A stretch of DNA of 64,000 nucleotides from Octopus vulgaris. Its lineage: Eukaryota. Below, one piece after another: positions 44,161-57,189 of this stretch. Where the stretch lies: NCBI GenBank assembly GCA_951406725.2, contig OX597835.1:32178001-32242000 (forward strand), read 5' to 3'. The translations under genes were made by a program, and so were the position numbers. The notes beneath the pieces are model-generated. The model saw only the letters and a list, made by a program, of their open reading frames with translations, was not told the origin of the DNA and did no database searches. Numbering within the stretch: the first letter of the stretch is position 1; every line of letters begins with the position of its first letter.

Positions 44161-45042
44161 GAAATTTAGAGAGAGAGAGATAGAAAACACGACACGGTAT
44201 TTATTACAGTGATGCTCAGTCAAATAAGAGCGGTGCCAGTTTAAAACTGGGTCATAGACAAAGGCTACCAACCAGGAACATAACCCACTCACGGGATACA
44301 TTTCTCTACAGATAACGGCAGCCAAGTTTCACATGCAGGAGTTGTTGATATTGTTTATCCCTACTTTAAGTCTAAACTATCCAAAGCATTATCCTCATTT
44401 TTTCTTAAGTTTATCCAAAGTCTCTGTATTTGTTTTCAAACTTTTAGTTAGCCATTTTTTTAAAACGCTCTGACGAATACAAAGTTTCTTTTTCATAAGT
44501 TCCTGTTTAGTCTAATGGTTGAAAAACATTTGCGAACGTGCATTGTAAATGATGCATGGACGCCAGGGGGATATGTCCTGTGTTTCACATGTGATACAGA
44601 GGGCGAAAAAAAAAGGATAAAGACCAAACTCATTCACAAATCTCGTTGTATATACGTCAGGATGCTGCTTCGCTTCGTTCCAGCACATTATACTCAAAAA
44701 CAGAAAGTTTACTGTACAAGAAAGACACTTTCCGACGATGACATGTAGTGCGATCGAACGTGGAAACATGCAATTGCAAAGTGAAATAATTTACCACGAA
44801 GCTATAATTGTTTTTATATTAAGTCTAGTGAATCAAACCAAAATTCAATTATATATATATAGCACGTCCTTGCGTTGTTGTGTTTTCTCTTGGTGTTTTC
44901 ATCTTTGGATTAACTCTATATATAAATATATATACATTGGCCTGCTCGCTTAGCCAGCGGGGTGGCGTCATTTCAAGGCTAAAACAATGCGAAGCGCATT
45001 GTGACCAGCAATGTGTAGCAATGTGTCGGTCACGGTGAACGG

Positions 45043-45101
<59 letters not shown>

Positions 45102-45951
45102 CATACACACATACATTCACACACACACATATATATATGTGTGTATTTATTATTATGATTATTATTATTATTATTGTTGTTGTTGTTGTTGTTATTATTC
45201 TTCTTCTTATTATTATTATTACATATACACGGTGGAATTTGAGGAATGATTGGCTGGTATTCAAGTAGATCCAGCTATCACGTAGAGTTCCATTGATAGG
45301 CAAGAAACAAGTTGCTCATACCAGCGAATCTTATGCATGTCTGCGAGCTGACGATTAGCAGGGGTCACTTTTCAAATAGTAAACAAAAAGAGGCAGTTTA
45401 ACAAAAAGAAAAGTAAATAAATAAATTACGGAAATGTACTTGTATAGCAAGTGACCTGATCTAAGATCGTGTGCTGGAACGAAAACAATTGCAGCGTGGA
45501 AGGTATTTATAGGCCATTTAAGAAACACAGAAAACCCGTTAGATTCACTTTAACATTTAAATTTAATTTGCCAAAGTATTTTTGTCGCTTTGAGACTGCG
45601 ACCTGTTCACTCACAAAAAAAAAAGGAAATGAAAAGATAGTTTCGTACAAATAAAGAGTTTGACTTTTACCAACAATTACTATATAAATAACCATTTATA
45701 TTTTAGGATAAATCTGATTATTTTGCTTTTTAATTGAAGAAGTTGGTGGCTTATTGCATGATATGCATATTAATAACCTGGTTTTATTTCAAATCCATGC
45801 ATGTTCGGTTATCATATCAGTTATAGGAGGAACTGATCGGTGCGAAAATATATATGGTGAATTATGTGATATTATGTTAATCCTATACACACAGACACAT
45901 ATATGAGTGTGTGTGTGTGTTTATCTATATATATATGAATAGATATATATC

Positions 45952-45983
<32 letters not shown>

Positions 45984-46058
45984 CATATATACATATATAT
46001 ATATTTATATATACGGACATATACATATATAAAATATATATCTATATACATATACCTG

Positions 46059-46099
<41 letters not shown>

Positions 46100-46154
46100 T
46101 TTTCTTTTATATATATATAAATATATTTATGTATATATACATATACCTATATAT

Positions 46155-46430
46155 AGGCGCGGGAGTGGCTGTGTGGTAAGTAGTTTGCTAACCAACCACA
46201 TGGTTCCGGGTTCAGTCCCACTGCGTGGCATCTTGGGCAAGTGTCTTCTGCTATAGCCCCGGGCCGACCAATGCCTTGTGAGTTGATTTGGTAGACGGAA
46301 ACTGAAAGAAGCCCGTCGTATATATGTATGTATATATATGTGTGTGTGTGTATGTGTTTGTGTGTCTGTGTCTGTCCCCCTAGCATTGCTTGACAACGGA
46401 TGGTGATGTGTTTACGTCCCCGTTACTTAG
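46155..46430 (+). mobile_element. SINE family B, 3'-truncated
   Basis: Head and middle section intact. Confidence 0.88.
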
Positions 46431-46689
46431 GGCACGCGCGCGCGCGCGCGTGTGTGTCTGTGTGTATGTGTGAGTGTTTTCAAAAAATACACTCCATTTT
46501 TGAAGCTCCGATGAAGCTATATGGTGATACACATGCACTCAGCTACGACTGCATTGCTTCTTATAGAAGAAACATTTGTAAGCCAATGGAGTTCATGAAA
46601 TAACTTCTTACTTCCTTCTCATTTCTTATTTTTATCTATTTCCATCTCTTCACCCCACCTCTCTCTCTCTCTTTCTCTCTCGCTCTCTT

Positions 46690-46738
<49 letters not shown>

Positions 46739-46743
46739 TATTC

Positions 46744-46786
<43 letters not shown>

Positions 46787-47094
46787 GTATGTATGTATGT
46801 ATGTATGTTTGTATATATATATATTTAATTCTATTTGTTAGGGAATAAAAATACCGGCATAACAGGGGTTCAAACTATTCTCAATGAAGACATATATATT
46901 TTCATTTAGAGATAATAGGCCAAGTTATAAAGTTATAAAGTTATAAAGTTGTAAGTATTTAAATTAAATTTCTTTTATATGTTGAGATGAATGGGCCTAC
47001 TATCTATAAATGAATATATATATATATATACAGATAGATAGATAGATAGATATACATATGTATACATATATATATACACACATGTATACATATA

Positions 47095-47188
<94 letters not shown>

Positions 47189-47204
47189 TAAATAATACAT
47201 ATAC

Positions 47205-47235
<31 letters not shown>

Positions 47236-47845
47236 TGCCACAGACACGTGCACCGACATCTGAAAGCTAGATGAATCCCGGCAGGTAACTCAGTCATCAC
47301 TTCTTATCTCCTTCGTTATACCCTACCAAATATCCTACAGTTTTATTCCTATAAATCAGAGACGAACCATGGGAATGCTTGGAATTGTGAATATCGCGAG
47401 AATAAGTTTTTACCAAGTTAAGACAATAATTTATCGTTCTAGTTGTTTCTGCTGCATCCTGGTGGTGTTTATTTTTTTTTTCTAAAGTAAATTCCTCTGC
47501 GTTTCCGAGACGTGTCTTGAATGTTCCATCACCAATAAATTTCTTTCTGGGATACAATCAACACTACTGACATACTTCCACCATATATATATAAGGGAAT
47601 AAATTAAATTCTGCATTTTTTAAATCTCCTTTTAATCTTTCTTCTTTCTTTGTTTTATTGATGGGACGGCAGCAATACTTGAGTAGCATTTTGAAAGGGC
47701 TTTAGTCAATCAAATCGAGCCCTTCCTCTACTTACAGGGACGCAAACGAATCAACATCGGTTCCCAAGTCAAGAGGCGAGAGAAATACAGACATAAATAC
47801 GCACGCGCGCACACGTATATACATATCAGAGATGATGTATACACA

Positions 47846-47904
<59 letters not shown>

Positions 47905-48892
47905 ATATATGTATATATGTATGTATGTCTGTATGTATGTTCCACAAAAGTTTTGCCAATTAAATTCACTCACAAGGTTTTGGTCGACCTGAGGCTATAG
48001 TAGAAGACACTTGCCCAAGATGTCATGGAGTGAGTCTGAACTCGAAACCACGTGGACTGCAATGCGAGGTCCCTAACCACGCAGCCATGCCAGTCCCTAT
48101 AAAACTTTTCTAAGTTGATCGCAGTAAACTAAACCGTTGCTGAATTTGTTTGTGTCCATGAAGAAAATGCATCAGGGCATTTATTAGTATTATTATTTTT
48201 ATTGAGTGAGAAAGCAGTGCATGCCACCAAAGTGACATATCAAGATAAACATCGCAGGGATGTAAACAAACCGACAACAGTTGTCAAGTGGGACAGGTGT
48301 GGAGTGTACAAAGACAAAGGCAAAGACACTGGTGCACATGTATACGATGGGCTTCAACACAGTTTCCTTCTAACAAATCTCTCTCAAGGCAATGGTCGGC
48401 CAAGGTACCGCACAGTGCGACTGAAATTGAAATATACTCAACATTCACGAATGAACATAATATATGAATGCATAAACATAATATATGAATGCATTAACAT
48501 AATATAGGAATGCATAAACACAGTGCGTCTCTGTGCGTGCATAGAAAGAGAGTGATAGACGCACAAACGATTCTATAAATGTAAAGATGGATGCATTCAT
48601 TTAGACGTCAGACGAAACATACTGCACGACAGATGCGTAGCGACATAAATATGGAGGTTTGTGTATAGGAATATATTAACTCGTTTGGCAAGTATGGAAG
48701 ACAGTAAATTTCGTTTTATTACTTCATGTGTACGCTCTGTACATACATATAGCAAGCAGGTGATGACGGATGTAGTGATGACATACATACATAACATAGG
48801 TACACATGCACCGAGATGCAGACATACATGTACACATACATACATACCTACATACATACACACCTTTGGAGATTCTTTAAATGAATATACAT

Positions 48893-49225
48893 AGGCGCAG
48901 GAGTGGCTGTGTGGTAAGTAGCTTGCTTACCAACTACATGGGACCGGGTTCAATCCCGCTGCATGGCACCTTGGGCAAGTGTCTTCTACTATAGCCTTGG
49001 GCCGACCAAAACCTTGTGAGTGGATTTGGTAGACGTAAACTGAAAGAAGCCCGTCGTATATATGTATATATGCATGTGTGTATATGCTTGTGTGTCTGTG
49101 TTTGTCCCCCCAACATCGCTTGACAACGGATGCTGGTGTGTTTAAGTCCTGGGGTCGATTTGCTCGACTAAAGGCGGTTCTCCAGCATGGCCGCAGTCAA
49201 AATGACTGAAACAAGTAAAAGAGAG
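48893..49225 (+). mobile_element. SINE family B with internal deletion
   Basis: Head and tail intact. Confidence 0.88.
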
Positions 49226-49312
49226 ATATGCAAACATTTTGTTGTGTGCATTGACACAAATCTAACAACTAATGATACACAACATCACACACACACAAAC
49301 ACACACACACAT

Positions 49313-49343
<31 letters not shown>

Positions 49344-49920
49344 CACAATCACACACATTGACATACACATGCACAAACACCTAAGTATTACAAAAATCAT
49401 ATTCCCACAGAACGGGAGTGCTGGTACACTCATCTACATACACGCATACACCAACTCATCCATATCATTAAAAGCTGCAAGGAACGGTCTTAATTCAAAA
49501 AGTCTTGTCACTTTAGTAAACACCTTGTATTCCGTAACAAAAATCTTAAACTTCAGAGAAATGCATACACATACAGATACATACATGCATACCTACATAC
49601 GTACGTACATACATACATACATACATACATGCATACATACATACATACATACATGCATACATACATACATACATACATACATACATACATACATACATGC
49701 ATACATACATATATACATACATACATACATACATGCATGCATACATACATACATACATACATACATACATACATACATACATACATACATACATACATAC
49801 ATACATACATACATACATACATACATACATACATACATACATACATACATACATACATACATACATACATACATACATACATACATACATACATACATAC
49901 ATGCATACATACATACATAC

Positions 49921-50233
49921 TGTGTACAGTTATGGAAATTCCAATGCCGAACTATTGAGAATCTGCAGTTACTTTATCCTGATTACAAATTCAGGTTTCT
50001 ACTTCTAATTATTGGGACCCTGGGTTATATAACATACTGTTTAAATACCAATCTTGAGCAATTAGGCTTCTTAAAACAAGAAAGAAAAAAGCTAATTCGA
50101 AGAGTACAGATTTAATCCATCACTGGAACTGTAAAAATCTGTAAAACTTTCCAGAAGTTTATCGTTTAACTATATGTTAGCATGTCTAGATATGCATACA
50201 TACGCAAAACATACATACAAATCTGCACATACA

Positions 50234-50267
<34 letters not shown>

Positions 50268-50390
50268 AAAAATACCCTGTTTGTGATGCTGAAACTCTAG
50301 CGAAGGAGCCTTGGATCTAGGTTAAAAACCAGGTCTTTCTCCACTGGCAAGAAATTTGTAATAAACGGAATAATGACATGTATACATACA
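49921..50390 (+). mobile_element. R4/Dong-like non-LTR element 3' end (restriction-like endonuclease C-terminus) within (CATA)n
   Basis: AELLR/NLQLLYPDYKFRFLLLIIGTLGYITYCLNTNLEQLGF...SITGTVKICKTFQKF matches the RLE tail (Y..L...L.......p.iiG.lG). Its 3' UTR recurs inverted at ~43120-43205. Confidence 0.72.
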
Positions 50391-51104
50391 AACATACATA
50401 ATGCATACATACATAATACATACACACATACATACATACATACATACATACATACATACATACATACATACATACATACATGCATACATACATACATACA
50501 TACACACATACATACATACATACATACATACATACATACATACATACATACATACATACATGCATGTATGTAAGCTGTAAGGTGTTACTCAGGCATTCAA
50601 CTGTGAGTCCACCACATCTTACAGTGGAAACAGCTGTAAGCTGATGAAGTTTATAAGCTAATCGTTCATTGCTTTGTCAACTCTTTCTTATTACCCCCTC
50701 TGTACCCAACTAACGCTTCGTTCCCAAAGACACGTATATTGAGTTCTCTACGAGGTAAGTAGTATTACAATTCATAAACGAAATATTAAAATGCATACAT
50801 ACATACAGACATGTAGACAGACAGACAGATAAGCAGACATGCACGCATACATACAAAAACACAGGCATGCAAAACACACAAGCACCTACATACTAAAGAG
50901 ACGGTCACCCAGATCGTAAGTACAGGAACATATGTGTACATATATGCATAGCCCAACTCAACCGCATTTTTACAAACCCCAGGAACTGCCTTAAATCAAA
51001 GGGTCTTGTCACTTCGTTAGCAGTCGAATTGAATTCTATGAAAGAAAACTTTGACCTCAATGAGAAACATACACATATACATGCATCGATGCTACATCTA
51101 TTTC

Positions 51105-51301
51105 TGTCTCTTTTACTTGTTTCAGTCATTTGATTGCGGCTATGTTGGAGCACCACCTTTAGTCGAGCAAATCGACCCTAGGACAAGCCTAGTACTTATT
51201 CTATCGGTCTATTTTGCCGAATCGCTAAGTTACGTGGACGTAAACACACCACCATCCGTTGTCAAGCGATGTTGGGAGGACAAACACAGACACAAACATA
51301 T

Positions 51302-51334
<33 letters not shown>

Positions 51335-51501
51335 CATATATACGACGGGTTTCTTTCAGTTTCCATCTACCAAATCCACTCACAAGGCTTTGGTCGGCCC
51401 GAGGCTATAATAGAAGACATTTACCCAAGGTGCCACGCAGTGGGACTGAACCCGGAACCATGTGGTTGGTAAACAAGCTACTTACCACACAGCCACTCCT
51501 G
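51105..51501 (-). mobile_element. SINE family B
   Basis: Near full-length reverse copy. Confidence 0.88.
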
Positions 51502-52532
51502 AATTATTTGCTAAAGTTAGCATTCCAATGCTAGCCATGGTATACATTCAAAGCAGGATTGAAACAAAATAGGAGTTGAGATACTTGTTTTAGTATCGTT
51601 TATTTTCTTTACTATCCACACTTATTTCTGTGAGATAAGCAGGATTACAATCTCATACCTCGATACCGTTCGGACGACCAAGCGTAAAAAAGAACAGTTT
51701 TGGAACTAGTAAACTAGTAACACTTCTCTTGAGTCGGGTAAGTAGTGTAAATTGTTGATTTATTGTCTGTCACATATCAGGATGAGGAGTCTTTTCTTGA
51801 TACTCAAAGAAAAATGTAGGTATGCGTTGGCATGTGATGGAGATAAAGGCAGTTGTTTCGGAGTTCGAGAGACGGAGTTCGAGAGACGGAGTTCTCATGG
51901 AGATGTTCTCTGCTGCAATGTCTGTTCTTTCTCCAATACTGTCCCTGAAACACTGGCGATCTCTCCTTTGTCTATTGAATACTAAATCTGTTTTGAAAGA
52001 GTTCTGGTGTTTCCTTGGTAAGGATAACGAAATTAACTGCTATGTATATTATAAAGGAAGGAGTCCTCTGTAAGCCGTATCGAATTTTCATGTGGCTACT
52101 GGATGCCGGAGCATGGTATATAGTGGATTTATCTAAGTATTTCCTCTTCCTATAACAAGGTTTCCTACTTACGCCTTCACAGGTCGCTTCCCATCTCACT
52201 ATAACGGGCTTCTTTCAGTTTCCGTCAACGAAGTTTTTAGTTTCCATCTACCAAATCTACTCACAAGGCTTTCGTCGACTAGGAGCCTTGTATTAGGACT
52301 GAACATGGAGCCATGAGGTTAATACACCTGTCTTCGACGTTTGTTTTTCTATAATTTTCAGTTATGTATGTATGTAGGAAATCTGCTGTGAATGGTCTGT
52401 CTATCTTGTTTCTGCCCTGTTTGCCGTTTGTTATGTTACCGTTTACGTTATTGTCTATTTTTCCGCATGTTGTGTTTTGTTCGATTCCGCTTGTTATGTT
52501 CTCTTTCTCCTACTTTTGATTTACAGATTTAC

Positions 52533-52567
<35 letters not shown>

Positions 52568-52956
52568 TATTCATTTACGAAGGTGTCATTAATTCTATTA
52601 TTATCCAATGGTGAATTATTTTTCTCGTAAATTATATCGAGATTATTTTACACTGATGGCTGCTGTGATTTCGGCGCGAAACGAATCAGTTCAAAGCGAA
52701 CGAATCTGTTCAAAGCGATGGGTTGGGAATCTCTAATCATGGTAACGCGTGGTGAAGAAGCTAAGGCTTATTTTGCCAGTGCAGAATCCGGTCCACGTGA
52801 GCCCAGATACTTAAATGTATGTTAGTAGATTGTCTTAACCTAATTTTGACTTCGTTTGATTTCTGTAGTTTTCATCAGTGTATTTTTGGCGATTTAATAA
52901 GAGTTTTGACTGTTATTTCAAGCAGGTAGACATACTTAGTATGTCCTTTGATTAAT

Positions 52957-52990
<34 letters not shown>

Positions 52991-53629
52991 TACGCGCACA
53001 CAAAACAGGTGATCAATGTATGGGATAAGGAAGGAATATACGTAATAGTGGGGGAAAATACATTTTCAGATTCTTATATATAAATCGTTGCAAACAGTAA
53101 ATATAAAAGTTTTAACAAATTTTCTATAGTTTCTTCTCGTTACTTTCTGGACTATATAAACTGACTTAAAAGTGTTGGCTTCATGTAGATTTTAACGAAG
53201 GTAACATGAAATCATGTTCGACGTACTTATTACTGGGTAATTTCAGGACTGTGAGATGGATGGAAGTCAGCGTTGCAAGCTAATGAAACACTCGTTCAAG
53301 ATACAGTGCTCTCGTTGCTTACAGCAATAAACTGCACCCACACACTGGGCCCTAATTACAGCTAGGGTAACGACATACGGGGTAACGCCGAGATAAACTC
53401 ATCAGAAATTGAACTGCCATACATAAATAGATTTGCCTTCAATTTCATTGTATTGTGTTAGAAAGCGATTGACATAACAGAAGTACCATTTAGAGATATC
53501 TGAAGATATAGTACAAGATTGGTTCCTTAGTTAGCATTCTTTGAATGGAGATTCTACTCGGTCAGAGCTGATTTCGCTCTATACATTAACATCTTCAAAA
53601 AAGCACTATATATATATATATATATATAT

Positions 53630-53830
53630 AGGGCGAGTTTACGAAAAAAAAAAAAAAGACGAAGACAGGTGATGTACAAAACAAACAGATGTATTAGTAT
53701 AACGCTCAGAAATAGAGAAAAGTCTTTCACGTTTCGAGCCTACGCTCTTCTACAGAAAGGGACACAGAAAAAACAAGGAGAGAAAGGAGAGAAAAAATGT
53801 GTGTGTAGTGGCTATCGATCTATCATGGGG
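53630..53830 (-). mobile_element. Penelope-type terminal repeat with degenerate hammerhead (53724-53759)
   Basis: cttt-CTGTAGA-agagcgtaggctc-GAAAC-GTG-aaag. Both the core and the cleavage triplet are non-canonical. Confidence 0.55.
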
Positions 53831-53922
<92 letters not shown>

Positions 53923-54241
53923 GTATGTATGTATGTATCTATGTATGTATGTGTGAATGCATGTATGTATGTATGTATGTATGTATGTATGTATGTATGT
54001 ATGTATGTATGTATGTATATATGCATGTATGTATACGTAAATGTTGAACAAGGAGAATGAGCACTCAACACCGCATTTGTGGATAAAGTTTCTTTATGTG
54101 TGTATGTCTATTAGGGTTACCATTGGTTTCATGTGAAAGAAGATATCTTAATATCTTAATAATTTCTCAAGCTCATCACATAGAGGAATGAGGTTTGTCT
54201 CCATAAATACATACACACACACAAATATTTGTATATATATA

Positions 54242-54279
<38 letters not shown>

Positions 54280-54348
54280 TATACATATATATTATATATA
54301 TATATGTATGTGTATATATATATGAATTTATATATATATATATGTGTG

Positions 54349-54380
<32 letters not shown>

Positions 54381-55329
54381 TATAAATATATATATGTATA
54401 TATATATATATGTATATATGTATGTATATATATATGTATATATATACTGCATAAATAGAAGTTTTAATCCATATACTATCTCTTTTAATCTCTATATCAG
54501 TGTTTCTTAAGTTCTTTTGTTTTGTTTTTTATTTTTACCATACCAAAACCTCACACTTCATGTGTTAGGAGATAACAGATATGTATTCAAAATACGTTAA
54601 TACAGATTATCAATGTTAAGGTTATATACATATATATATATATATATATATAATATTGATATAGTATCAATGTTATATTAATTTAATATCAAAATTCTTA
54701 AAATCATAAATTAAGTCGAAAATAAATCTAGGAAAACGCAATATGAAAATGATGGAGGATATATTTTCTTCCTCAAATATTTCTCTACCAGAATCTTCAA
54801 ATTTCCCACCCACTTCAATCCTAGAATTTCCTCCAAATTAAGAATTACAGGTCATGAGCAAGTACATGAAAGTTGTTCAGAGTCAAGAGCAAAAAAGGAC
54901 ATAAATTTTACGAAATTATATATAGGCAATTAACATTAAATTAGTGTTACTTTATTGTCTCGGGAGGGTCATAAAGCCAATACTAAACACACGTACTGAT
55001 TCTATATCACCTCTTTATGATGTAATTTATTGATCAATTATGAAAGAAGTAAAATAGAATCAGTGCGTATTTAAAATTAGCATAATGACGCTCCAGGGAT
55101 ACAACAAAATTTATCTCAACACACAAGGTCACATCAAAAATCCTGAAAAATAAATGCATTAACAAAAGGAAATTTTGTCCTTAAGGGCTTAAAGCTACAT
55201 ATATTTTAGATTTTATTTTTCACGTGGTCTTTAAGCAAGTTCGTCAAGGAGCGGATCCAAATTTAAACGGGGATAAAGTGTTTCTTGCACATAGTGGGAC
55301 AAAAGAAAAATAACGAGATTAAAATGATG

Positions 55330-55512
55330 CGGCTAGTCGATTACATCGACCCCAGTGCTCAACTGGCACTTGTTTTATCGACTCCCAAAGGACGAAAAGC
55401 AAAGTTGACCACGAGGAGATTTGAGCTAAGAACGTAACAAGACAGAAGAAATGCTGCTAAGCATTTTTTCCGGCATGCCAAAGATTCTGCAGCTTGCCAA
55501 CCTGAGGTTAAG

Positions 55513-55582
<70 letters not shown>

Positions 55583-55787
55583 TGATTTTAATTTTTGGCA
55601 CAAGACCAACGGGGGAGGGGTTAAGTCGATTACATCGACCCCAGTACGCAACTGGTACTTCTTTTTTCGACCCCGAACGGATGAAAGGCAAAGTAAACCG
55701 CGGCGGAATTTGAACTGAGAAGGTGAAGACAGGAAATGTCGCTAAGCATTTTGCCCGGTGTTCTAACGATTCTACCAGCTCACCGCC

Positions 55788-55869
<82 letters not shown>

Positions 55870-56238
55870 TAATAATAATAATAATAATAATAATATTGTT
55901 TTTTTTTTATTTATGTGCCCTTCTCAAGCCTAGCCAGGCTCATGGGCCCAGTTTCCCGGTTTCTAAGGCGGTTCCCCCCAGCTAGACGGGACGCCAGTTC
56001 ATCGCAGCGTTACACAAGAAACAGTGAGAGAAAGTTGGGGCGAAAGAGTACAACAGAGGTCGCCCCCCACCCCCCTGCCGGAGCCACGTGGAGCTTTTAG
56101 GTGTTTTCGCTCAATAAACACACACAACGACCGGTCTGGGAATCGAAACCGCGATCCTCCGACCGCGAGTCCGCTGCTCTAACCACTGGGCCATTGCGCC
56201 TCCACAAAATAATAATAACAATAACAATAATAATAATG

Positions 56239-56286
<48 letters not shown>

Positions 56287-56485
56287 TATATATATATATA
56301 TATTTATATTTCTTTACTACCCACAAGGGGATAAACACAGAGGGGACAAACAAGGCCAGACAAACGGATTAAGTCGAGTATATCGACCCCAGTGCGTAAC
56401 TGGTACTTAATTTATCGACCCCCGAAAGGATGAAAGGCAAAGTTGACCTCGGCGGAATTTGAACTCACAATGTAACGGCAGATAA
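55330..56485 (-). mobile_element. SINE cluster at the start of cephalotocin intron 1: SINE A (55330-55505, 55590-55790, 56305-56485) and a SINE with the family C head (55912-56205), separated by (TAA)n
   Basis: Matches to the families above. The nearest copy begins ~25 nt from the donor. Confidence 0.85.
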
Positions 56486-56503
56486 TACTAATAATAATAC
56501 TGC

Positions 56504-56509
56504 ACTTAC
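56504..56509 (-). other. 5' splice donor of cephalotocin intron 1 (phase 0)
   Basis: Consensus AAG|GTAAGT. Read-through runs into a TAA-repeat/SINE segment and stops. The position (just before the first neurophysin Cys) matches the conserved intron 1 of OT/VP genes. Confidence 0.9.
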
Positions 56510-56665
56510 CTTTTGATTTGATCCCTGCTCTGACATGGGTGTCGCTCGTTTGCCACCAATGGGACAGTTTCGGAAATAGCAACCATCTGTAGTGGCAATG
56601 AAGAGACTGCATACTGTGAACAACACGAACAAAAGTTGGACGATGGCGAAACAATTTTGAGACAT
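56510..56665 (-). CDS. CT: Cephalotocin (oxytocin/vasopressin-family) preprohormone, first coding exon: signal peptide + nonapeptide + GKR + linker
   Basis: Translates MSQNCFAIVQLLFVLFTVCSLFIATTDG-CYFRNCPIG-GKR-ATPMSEQGSNQK (52 codons). It has a hydrophobic signal peptide, a Cys1-Cys6 nonapeptide matching octopus cephalotocin, and a Gly-Lys-Arg amidation/cleavage site. ATG at 56665 is in gaaaATG context. The exon ends AAG|GTAAGT. Confidence 0.96.
56555..56581 (-). other. Mature cephalotocin nonapeptide coding segment (CYFRNCPIG-amide)
   Basis: TGC TAT TTC CGA AAC TGT CCC ATT GGT followed by GGC AAA CGA (G-K-R). Confidence 0.96.
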
Positions 56666-57189
56666 TTTCACAGTTGTTCTGTATAATTTTTTTCAGATAT
56701 AGATATATAATAAATAAAGGTATTTTAAAGATATATGCTGTATACTATGCAAATATATAAATAGGTCTCTTGTTTAATTCTTGTGGTGTGGTTGTACTTA
56801 TAGTTATCTCTTGTAGTATTATCTAGATATTTTTTTTCTTTGCTGGTTTTCTCTTTACCACTTCTTCCGCCTGACTACGGCAGAATATAAAGGCTAACTA
56901 GTCTTGTATGACACTGTTACTGCAGTTTCATTACATGCGCTTGTTTGTCTTTTACTAAACACTTGCTTGTTTGTATATTTTTTTTTAACAGCTGATATTA
57001 TTTATTTGCATGTGTGTAATGTGTATGTGTATGTGTGTGCGTGTGATTTATTACTATTATTTTTTTTTATGCAAAGGGGCCGTAACTGACTAAATAAATG
57101 CTTCGTTAATTAAAGATTTCAGTCTGTGGGCTGGGCAGTTTACACGTAGGTTATAAGTCTGACAAGATAATGTAGTGATCTTGGCAGCA

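Noticed and set aside
50590-50650. Partial hammerhead-like gaaacagctgtaag
   Set aside because: No intact upstream CUGANGA core or stem I.
52652-52690. Plus-strand TDGCCDFGAKR, superficially like a TDG-C...GKR prohormone motif
   Set aside because: Wrong Cys spacing, no signal peptide, and opposite strand; chance.
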